Shown here: positions 8,781-15,744 of the stretch, in pieces
Position numbering within the stretch: the first letter of the stretch is position 1
Layout of the letters: each line of letters begins with the position of its first letter
DNA from: Bacillales bacterium
GTDB lineage: Bacteria; Bacillota_I; Bacilli_A; RF39; UBA660
DNA length: 22,453 nt
Assembly (NCBI GenBank): GCA_016290885.1
Contig: JAEEVN010000017.1
Coordinates: forward strand, 1-22,453
Reading direction: 5' to 3'
The notes under the pieces: generated by a model
The model's database searches: none
Told to the model about the DNA's origin: nothing
Seen by the model: the letters and a program-made list of their open reading frames with translations, nothing else
Program-made: the position numbers and the translations under genes

Positions 8781-8867
8781 TGATCTATGGTGTAATGGTA
8801 GCACAACTCTCTCTAAAAGAGTAGCATTTTGGTTGCAAAGGTCTGGGTTCGAGTCCTAGTAGGTCAG
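8781..8867 (+). tRNA. Amber suppressor tRNA, anticodon CUA (reads TAG), 87 nt with a 20-nt variable region
   Basis: Hand-folded cloverleaf. The acceptor stem pairs tgatcta (8781-8787) with taggtca (8860-8866) and includes one U-G pair. The D arm is gtgt/aatggta/gcac. The anticodon stem pairs actct with agagt, and its loop cTCTAaa (8811-8817) places CTA at positions 34-36. The T arm is ctggg/ttcgagt/cctag. The discriminator is G at 8867, and no CCA is encoded. Confidence 0.85.
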
Positions 8868-8882
8868 CTAAATTTAATTATT

Positions 8883-9017
8883 ATGGAAAATTTATTAAAA
8901 GAAGAGATAGAAAGACTTAAACTTATAAATAAATGGATATATGAAAATAATCTTCAGAATGAACAATATGTTTTAAACTATTTAGATGAATTAAATGCAA
9001 TCTCTGTTCAATTTTGA
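8883..9017 (+). CDS. Small hypothetical protein (44 aa), co-transcribed with the tRNA if real
   Basis: ATG at 8883, TGA at 9015-9017, no TAG. The ORF-track N-terminal extension from 8829 overlaps the tRNA and was discarded. Confidence 0.3.
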   Translation: MENLLKEEIERLKLINKWIYENNLQNEQYVLNYLDELNAISVQF

Positions 9018-9090
9018 TATAAAAATATAGATTTATATCTAAAATATTAACTTGAGATTACTCTTAGTTTATTAAAAAATTTTTTGTAAA

Positions 9091-9133
9091 TTTTTGTTGT
9101 TTATTTGAAATATTATTTGTATATTTGTATTAT
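9091..9133 (+). promoter_or_regulatory. Bacteroidetes-type promoter P2 (-7 box TATATTTG at 9120-9127), paralogue of P1
   Basis: 36 of 43 positions are identical to 8738-8780, including tttttgttgtt at the 5' end and tttgtattat at the 3' end. It faces the non-coding region and the helicase gene. Confidence 0.55.
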
Positions 9134-9242
9134 CAAAATAAGAGAGCTAACAGAAAACCAAGATTGTTATTAAAAATTAAGTTTATAACTTTCAGAAATT
9201 AATATTATAAAAGTAGAGTGTTTAATTACATTCTTATTTTTT
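9134..9242 (+). ncRNA. Candidate ~109-nt non-coding transcript (P2 start to first terminator-like hairpin)
   Basis: It starts at the position equivalent to the tRNA 5' end relative to P1. It ends with hairpin gagtgt/ttaatt/acattc (9216-9233) followed by ttatttttt. The 5' aaaataaga (9135-9143) can pair with tcttatttt (9232-9240). No ORF is present. Confidence 0.25.
9169..9242. repeat. Module A of a duplicated ~70-nt non-coding unit
   Basis: It begins attaaaaattaagttta and ends attcttatttttt. Module B at 9349..9417 is the counterpart. Confidence 0.5.
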
Positions 9243-9348
9243 ATATAATTTTGTAACTTTTTTTGGGGAAGTTCTCTTAAAGAAATAAAAAAGTAACATA
9301 AAAAGAACAAAAAAAAGAGTAGAAATTTAATGTAAAATTAAGATTAGG

Positions 9349-9417
9349 ATTAAAATTTAAGTTTACAGATTTGAAGTACTTTATATTATTAATATAAAAA
9401 GTTATTCTTATTTTTTT
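9349..9417. repeat. Module B of a duplicated ~70-nt non-coding unit
   Basis: It begins attaaaatttaagttta, contains an AT-only hairpin (tttatatta t taatataaa) and ends attcttattttttt. Confidence 0.5.
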
Positions 9418-9516
9418 ACCATTAGATGTCGGAAAAAAGTCAAAACAAGGTATATAGATAATTAAAAAAAATGACAGGTAATTTATAACAATCTAATAAT
9501 CAACAAATTAAAAATT

Positions 9517-11211
9517 ATGAAATATTTAAGCGAAATTAGGAAAAATCTTCCAGAAAATTGTCTTTTTGATAAAGGAAAGGTAGGTTGTGGAGGTACAACC
9601 TTAGCTTTAGAGAATGATGAGCCTTATGTTGTCTGTGTTCCATTTCAGTCTTTAATTGAAAATAAAATTAAACAATACCCAGAAGGTAAGATAATAGGAG
9701 TAATGGAAGGGGTAGGAATTATGGATATTAAATACTACCTTAGAGAGGTAAAAATACCTAAAATTATGGTTACTTACGACTCATTACCTAAAGTATTATC
9801 TTGTATTAATCCACAAGAATTTAATCTTTTAATAGATGAATATCATATACTACTTACTCAGTATGCTTTTAGAAGTGAAGCAATTAATAATGTATTAAAT
9901 AATTTTAAATTATTTAAAAAATGGTGTTTTATGACAGCAACACCTATAGAAGAAGAGTTTATTTTAGATGAACTAAAAGATATACCGATAGTAAGACAGA
10001 GTTGGAATGATGTTTTAAATACGAAAGTTATAACAGTTAAATGTGATAGTGTAAAGGCAAGCACAATTAAGTTAATTAAATCTCATTTATCTGGTAAAAT
10101 TGAAGGTAATGCTTATTTATTTGTAAATTCTACTAAGTTTATTAAAGATTTAATTAATACTTTAAAATTAAACTCAGAAAACACCAGAGTTATTTATTCT
10201 AAAGGTAATAAAATTCAGTTAGGTATTGAAAGAGGTTCTACTTTAGATGCTCCGAAGAAAATAAACTTTTTAACTAGTACAGCATTTGAGGGTTCTGATA
10301 TTTATGATGAGGAAGGTAAAATTTATGTTATAAGTGATAACACTTACACTCACACTTTACTTGATATTAGTACTTCAATTCAGCAAATATCTGGTCGTAT
10401 TAGAAACAGTAAGTATATCAATACAATTTGTCATTTATTTAATACTTCTAGATATAATGGATTATCTTATAAAGAGTTTAAAGAGAATCAAGATGAATTA
10501 GAGAGAACAGCACTTAAAATTATAAAAACTTATAATAGTTTAGATGAGATAGCTAGAAAAGATATTATATCAAACAATATCTATATTTATAAATCATCAG
10601 ATAATTATTTTAACTTAGACCATAATATGATGTTAGTTGATTCTTTTAATTATAATATTCTCAACACTTATCAAGTAAGAGTTAATTTAACAGATGCATA
10701 TTGTAAGCAGTCATTTGAAATAACTACTCAACAAGATATTATAAAAATAAAAAATTTAAATTTAAATAATACAGAGTCTAAAACATTTAAAGATATAATA
10801 TTAGAATTAAGAAAAGAGAAAGAGAATAAATATAGTTTAAAATATGATGAATTACTTCAACAATATTCTTATGATTATCCTTTTTTAAAAGAAGCTATTA
10901 ATAAACTAGGCTTTGAAAAGATCGAAACTTTACGTTATGTACAGAAAGATATTAAAGATGCTTTAATAAAGATTGATAATCTTTCTTTAGATGTTAAAGT
11001 TACTAAGAGATTAAACTTAAAAACTGGAGACTTTATAAGTAAAGCAGATTGTAAGAAGAAATTAACAGATTTATTCTCTATTTTAGAAATTAAAGAGAAA
11101 CCTAGTGCATCAGATATAACTAAATGGTATGATGTTAAAGAGAATCGTTTAACCATTAAAGGTAAGAGAGTAGAAGGATACACAATTATAAGACCAAAAT
11201 TTAGAATTTAA
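9517..11211 (+). CDS. Superfamily-2 (DExH-type) helicase, replication module (564 aa, no TAG)
   Basis: Motif II is LLIDEYH, motif III is MTATP and motif VI is QQISGRIRN. The motif I region is GKVGCGGTT. The ORF is uninterrupted in the standard code despite about 22% GC. The stop is TAA. Confidence 0.8.
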   Translation: MKYLSEIRKNLPENCLFDKGKVGCGGTTLALENDEPYVVCVPFQSLIENKIKQYPEGKIIGVMEGVGIMDIKYYLREVKIPKIMVTYDSLPKVLSCINPQEFNLLIDEYHILLTQYAFRSEAINNVLNNFKLFKKWCFMTATPIEEEFILDELKDIPIVRQSWNDVLNTKVITVKCDSVKASTIKLIKSHLSGKIEGNAYLFVNSTKFIKDLINTLKLNSENTRVIYSKGNKIQLGIERGSTLDAPKKINFLTSTAFEGSDIYDEEGKIYVISDNTYTHTLLDISTSIQQISGRIRNSKYINTICHLFNTSRYNGLSYKEFKENQDELERTALKIIKTYNSLDEIARKDIISNNIYIYKSSDNYFNLDHNMMLVDSFNYNILNTYQVRVNLTDAYCKQSFEITTQQDIIKIKNLNLNNTESKTFKDIILELRKEKENKYSLKYDELLQQYSYDYPFLKEAINKLGFEKIETLRYVQKDIKDALIKIDNLSLDVKVTKRLNLKTGDFISKADCKKKLTDLFSILEIKEKPSASDITKWYDVKENRLTIKGKRVEGYTIIRPKFRI

Positions 11212-11312
11212 TTTAGATAAAATGTTAAAAACTAGAATTAGACTTAAACAATTATTATATTTTTAAATTTAAATATTTCCAAACTTTATATAAGTAACCT
11301 ATTTAATCAACT

Positions 11313-11453
11313 ATGACAACAGCACTTATTACATTAATTACATTTTTATTTATCCTTTTTATAGGATTAGGGAGTATTTATTTAATATTAACCATTATTT
11401 TTAGAAGTTATGAAATTTACTACAGAACAAGAGAGTATCAATTATTTTATTAA
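11313..11453 (+). CDS. Small hydrophobic protein (46 aa)
   Basis: ATG at 11313, TAA at 11451-11453, one transmembrane-like segment (ALITLITFLFILFIGLGSIYLILTIIF). Short, so uncertain. Confidence 0.3.
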   Translation: MTTALITLITFLFILFIGLGSIYLILTIIFRSYEIYYRTREYQLFY

Positions 11454-11844
11454 ATGGTTGTAGTAGCATAAATTTGAGAATATACAACCAACTTAGAATG
11501 ATCAACCTTTTTGTTGGTATGATATAGAAGCAGAAAGGTTAGGTAAAAAATATCGTTTTGAACTAAAACGAAGAAATATGTTATCAACTAAATACAATGA
11601 TGGTATTTGTGAATGTTATAAATATAAAGCGTTTAAGAATGCTTTAGAAGAAAAAGTAATAAATGAGGGTTATTTAGTATGTTTATTTGATGATTGTATT
11701 ACTTTAAGTTCATTTAAAACGACACCTTTATATGAAGATGTAGTTTATGCAAATAAGACTACTGATTTTGAAAATAAAAACCAAGTTAAAAAACATTTTA
11801 TTCACTTTAAACAAAATTACAAATATGAATACGTAGATTTTTAA
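11410..11844 (+). CDS. PD-(D/E)xK-like nuclease (144 aa, 3 TAG including a tandem TAG-TAG)
   Basis: ATG at 11410 is in frame with ORF 11578..11844, through TAG-TAG at 11461-11466 and a third TAG. The candidate catalytic pattern is WYDIEAE....YRFELKRR. The stop is TAA. Confidence 0.5.
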
Positions 11845-12130
11845 TATTATAAATAAAAGTAACACAATAGAAAAAACTGTATTTAAACTAATGTCCTATA
11901 TAAAGTATGAAGATATACAAGATATTATATAGGATTTATATTTAGAGGTTTTTAATATTCCAGAAGGTAAGTTAAATGATTTATATAATCAAGGTTAGAT
12001 GAATCTACTTAATTATGTAGCTAGTATTTGTATTTATAATTTAACTAACCAGAAATCGAGAGTTTTAAAGAAATATCAGTATAATATTAATTATATATCT
12101 ATAGAAGAATATGGCAGTAACGAAGATTGA
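11825..12130 (+). CDS. Sigma-70/ECF-like factor, region-2 half (101 aa from ATG 11825; alternative start 11891)
   Basis: EDIQDII-TAG-DLYLEVF resembles region 2.1 (AEDLVQETFL). LLNYVASICIYNLTNQKSR resembles region 2.2-2.4 (WL..IA.N...D..R). There are three in-frame TAGs and a TGA stop at 12128-12130. Confidence 0.5.
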
Positions 12131-12383
12131 ATTTAATAATGAGAAATTAAAGGAAGCATTAAAACCTTTTAAAGATGACTTATCACATTTAACAGATGGA
12201 GTAAGTCTTGATGATAACTAGTTATGTAAATTAACAAGGTTTAAAAAGTTAAATCCTACAGAGTAGTCTATTTTTTATTTATATGCTAAATTTGGAGGTA
12301 CAGAAGCTGCTAAATTATTAGGAGTTTCAAGGACTTATGTTTATAAGATAGTTAATAACTCGTTAAGTAAAATAAACAAATGA
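12111..12383 (+). CDS. Sigma-70/ECF-like factor, region-4 half (90 aa, 2 TAG)
   Basis: It has its own ATG at 12111 and overlaps the previous ORF by 20 nt in the +1 frame. The region-4 helix-turn-helix is SIFYLYAKFGGTEAAKLLGVSRTYVYKIVNNSLSKI. The stop is TGA at 12381-12383. Confidence 0.55.
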
Positions 12384-12727
12384 CAATAATTCTTATAACT
12401 TTTATAATTACTTATGTGATTGATGTAGTTGGGTTTATACCCAACTTATTTGCGTAGATTTTATCTTTTATCTTTAAAAAGCAAATAACTCCAGATAAAA
12501 TTAAATTACCTTATATATTGTAGTGTTCACTTTGTTGTACTACTTGGTCAGTCTTATTATATTTATTAATAACTCACCCAATAAGTTTTAATTTAATTAT
12601 ATTATATATAGCAGTATCTTTAGTTGCGGGATATTCTACAACTTATATTACTATTTTAATTAATCTTATAAATAAGTTCTTAATTAACTTTTTTTGTAGA
12701 TTAGAAAAATTGATTACAAAGATTTAA
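12380..12727 (+). CDS. Multi-pass membrane protein, unknown function (115 aa, 2 TAG)
   Basis: ATG at 12380 (ATGA overlap with the previous gene). There are three hydrophobic segments and a CSLCC motif. The stop is TAA at 12725-12727. Confidence 0.5.
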
Positions 12728-12757
12728 AATTTAATATTATATATTAAAAAAATTATT

Positions 12758-13015
12758 ATGACTGATTTAGAAATTGCATTAATAGAACAACATTTAGAAG
12801 AAATAAAGAAAGTTATAGCTAATAAGTCTGGGTGTTTATCACCTGGACTTATTAAACTAATTGAAGAGTTAGGATTTAAGTATTATAAAGGATTTTGTGT
12901 TAAATGTAATGCTGGGAGATTTAATATATTATCTAGGTTGTATCATCAATATTTAGAGGATTATGGCAAACGTATCAAAAAGCGAAAAGAAACTAAAGTT
13001 TCTAAAAATATTTGA
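12758..13015 (+). CDS. Hypothetical protein (85 aa, no TAG)
   Basis: Intact standard-code ORF with a basic C-terminus. It overlaps the TerS start. Confidence 0.5.
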   Translation: MTDLEIALIEQHLEEIKKVIANKSGCLSPGLIKLIEELGFKYYKGFCVKCNAGRFNILSRLYHQYLEDYGKRIKKRKETKVSKNI

Positions 13016-13301
13016 AGCAAATATGGGGATGGTAACTACATCTTGTAGAAAGTTTGGAATCACAACTGCTACATTTTATAATTGGTGTAAGTGCTATCCT
13101 TGGTTTAAAGAAAGAGTAGATGTAATACAAGATAGTATCAGAGATTATGGAGAATGTGCTTTACTTGAAAAGATAAAGCAAGGAGATACTAAAGCAATTC
13201 TTTTTTACTGTGATAGAAAATTAAAAGATAGAGGTTATGTACAACGTACAGAACAACAAGTAAATATTGATAATAGTGTTATAGAATTAGAAATAAAATG
13301 A
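12963..13301 (+). CDS. terS: Terminase small subunit (putative, 112 aa, no TAG)
   Basis: The N-terminal HTH-like segment is TSCRKFGITTATFYNWCK. It lies immediately upstream of, and overlaps (ATGA), the large terminase gene. Confidence 0.55.
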   Translation: MANVSKSEKKLKFLKIFEANMGMVTTSCRKFGITTATFYNWCKCYPWFKERVDVIQDSIRDYGECALLEKIKQGDTKAILFYCDRKLKDRGYVQRTEQQVNIDNSVIELEIK

Positions 13302-14566
13302 AAGTAATATTACCACCTATGGAATAGTACCAAAAAGACGTACTATATTATATAAATAATAACCCAAAAAATAAAACAATTGTTATTAAATCTCCACGAC
13401 AGGTTGGTAAAAGTTCATTATTAGAAATATTACTTATATACTTTTCTTTAAAAGAAAAAGACAGTGTTAGTATAGCAATATCACCTATCGCAGCACAAGC
13501 AAGAAAGTTATATAAAGATACAGTTAAAATAGCAAAACAACTAATTAAAAGTGAAAATGCTTCTTTATTAGAAGTTGAATTTATAAACGGAAGTATAGTT
13601 AAGTTTTTTTCAGCTGAATCTGGAGATAATCTTAGAGGTCATAATGTAAAAGGAAGTGGGTTAGTAGTTGTAGATGAGGCAGCTTATATAAAAGATGATT
13701 TCTACTGGAGTGTAGTAGTACCTTTTGTTAATGTAAGTCATAACGATATAATAATAGCTTCAACTCCTAAATATACACAAGGATTATTTTATAATCTTTA
13801 TATGTAGGGTTTAAATGAAGAGAATACTAAAACTTTTGATTGGACTAATTATGACTTATCTAAGTATTTAACTCCAGATTTATTAAATAAGTATAGTAAA
13901 GAAATGCCTAAATTAGCTTTTTAGAGTGAGTATTTAGGTTAGTTTATAAGTGGAGGTAGTGTTTTATTTACTAATTTAAAAGAATGTGTTGGAGAGCCTT
14001 ATTTTAACAATTAGAATGAATTAATTATTGGTATTGATTGGTCAGCTGGAGTTGGTGCAGACGATACTGCTATTATTTTAGGTTAGTTATTAAATAATAA
14101 AATAAATATTAAAGAGTGTATAACTTTTAATGATAAAACACCTAATCAAACTATAGATTATATTTTAAATATAATTAAAGATTATAGTGATTATAAAGAT
14201 ATAACTTTAATTGTTGAGAAAAATTCTATAGGTAGTATTTATTATAAATTACTAGCTGAGAAGTTAGATGAATATTAGGATTTATACAACAGTGGAGTAT
14301 CTTATAATAATGAGTTGAATCTTAATATAATTAGTTTTAATACAACTAATTCAAGTAAAAAGAGAATAATAGAATAGTTAATAACTGTGTTTTAGAATTT
14401 ATAGATAGTTATTACAGATAATAAAAAACTAATAAGTGAATTAACAACATACGAATGTCAAGTTAAAGATAGCGGACTTATTACTTATAATGCATAGTCT
14501 GGATATCACGATGATTTAGTTATGAGTTTAGCTTTTATAGTGGATTATTGTTGGTCTTATTTATAA
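13298..14566 (+). CDS. terL: Terminase large subunit (422 aa, 11 in-frame TAG)
   Basis: Hand translation through the TAGs gives Walker A SPRQVGKSS, Walker B LVVVDEAAYI and the coupling motif IIASTP. It also gives F-TAG-SEYLG-TAG-F and the nuclease motifs IGIDWSAGVGADDTA and GYHDDLVMSLA. The stop is TAA at 14564-14566. None of this gene appears in the standard-code ORF track. Confidence 0.9.
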
Positions 14567-14567
14567 T

Positions 14568-15032
14568 ATGAAGGTAGAAATTTTAAATAAAATTATTACA
14601 GAGTTTTAGAAGTATTATAAAGATAAAATAATAAAAACTGGACATAATGCTTCTGGTTAGTTAGCTAACACTTAGTCGTTTGAGGTAGAATATAATAACG
14701 ATAATTGGCTTATAACTCTTAAAATGGAGGAATATTGGAAGTATCTTGAATATGGTAGAAAATCTGGTAAGATGCCACCTATTGATGATATACTATCGTG
14801 GATAAATGTTAAAAAAATACTACCTAGAGGTAATAAAAAACCTATAACTAAAAAATAGTTAGCTTATGTGATAGCTAGAAGTATTGGAAAAAAAGGTTTA
14901 CCAGCAACACATTTACTTGAAAAAAGTATGACTGAATTTAATTTTAAAAATAAAGTATTAAGGGTAATATTTCAAAAACATAAAGAAGAGTTAGATAAAC
15001 ATTTTACATTATTTTATGAAGGAAAACTATGA
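14568..15032 (+). CDS. Hypothetical virion-morphogenesis protein (154 aa, 4 TAG)
   Basis: ATG at 14568, two bases after the terL stop. The frame is open to TGA 15030-15032 when TAG is decoded. The motif GHNASG.LANT...YWKYLEYGRKSGKMPP recalls head/tail completion proteins. Confidence 0.5.
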
Positions 15033-15643
15033 ATTGGAGTGATATAACATTAAGGTAGTTTAATAAACTACAGGATATATTTGAAGTAGAGGATAGTTAC
15101 ACAGTTTGTAATATAATTGATCTTATATGGGGAATTGATTCAAGTAATTTACCTTTAAATTAGTTTATAGAATATAAGGAGAAACTTGAATTTCTTAAAC
15201 AACCTATAACACCTATTAAAAATATACCTTTAAAAATTACAGTTAATAATAGAACTTATAATACTAACGTTAATTTAACAGAAATTAAAGTAGCTTAGTA
15301 TATTGATTACCAAAACTATTGTAAAAACCCAAAATATAATGAATTACTATCTGTATTTATAATTCCAGAAGGGCATAATTATAATGATGGGTATGATTTA
15401 CAACAAGTAAAAGAAGATATTTTAGATTTACCTATTGATTTAGTTTATGGAATTAACTTTTTTTTTCTTCAATTTTATCTAGAGTTCATCAGAACTTTCC
15501 TTTACTTTTTCAAGAAAGAATTAAAGACGATGAACTTAACTCAGGAGAAGAAAAAGTAGATTCAAAAGGAATTACAAGTTTTGGAATAGTCCCTTATATC
15601 TCAAGAGTATGTAGAGAATTTAATGAAAACTGGGATAGTATAA
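15029..15643 (+). CDS. Tail-assembly-chaperone-like protein, 0-frame product (176 aa if TAG 15557 terminates, 204 aa if it is decoded)
   Basis: ATG at 15029 (ATGA overlap with the previous gene). There are three internal TAGs before 15557. The hydrophobic segment is GINFFFLQFYLEFIRTFLYFF. The sequence aaa aag TAG lies at 15551-15559. Confidence 0.55.
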
Positions 15644-15744
15644 TGAATAAATCAGTGAGTTTACTATTTTATTTAATGTCTTTTTGTTTAGTAAAAGATA
15701 AAGAATAGGATAAAATGTTAAAACAAATTAGAAATAAAAAATGA
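15553..15744 (+). CDS. -1 frame extension of the chaperone-like gene (no start codon of its own); predicted frameshift fusion of about 238 aa
   Basis: The -1 frame is open from 15457 to TGA 15742-15744, with no ATG before 15643. It encodes a protein-like sequence (KVDSKGITSFGIVPYISRVCREFNENWDSIMNKSVSLLFYLMSF). Its stop overlaps the ATG of the next gene. Confidence 0.5.

Noticed and set aside
8823-8842. The extra 20 nt in the tRNA being an intron
   Set aside because: Bacterial and phage tRNA introns (group I) are far longer and sit in the anticodon loop. This insert sits exactly at the variable-arm position, so it is treated as a long variable region.
8829-8882. N-terminal extension of ORF 8829..9017 (non-ATG start)
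   Set aside because: It overlaps the 3' half of the tRNA gene. Only the ATG at 8883 is plausible, and even that 44-aa ORF has low confidence.
9134-9417. CRISPR-like array or additional tRNA/tmRNA in the non-coding region
   Set aside because: There are only two diverged modules, with no regular repeat-spacer periodicity. No T-loop (GTTCGA) or cloverleaf could be folded.
11222-11266. Tiny ORFs in intergenic gaps (for example 14 aa at 11222, 11 aa at 9426, 5 aa at 9471)
   Set aside because: They are too short and low-complexity to support as genes from sequence alone.
15458-15466. The T-run (ttt ttt ttt) as the -1 slippery site instead of AAAAAG
   Set aside because: It forms a formal T_TTT_TTT heptamer, and the -1 frame is already open here. 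However, the 0-frame sequence after it (FFFLQFYLEFIRTFLYFF) looks like the conserved hydrophobic helix of this protein family. The -1 alternative (FSSILSRVHQNFPLLFQ) is less convincing. It is kept only as a secondary possibility and could also be a homopolymer sequencing-error hotspot.
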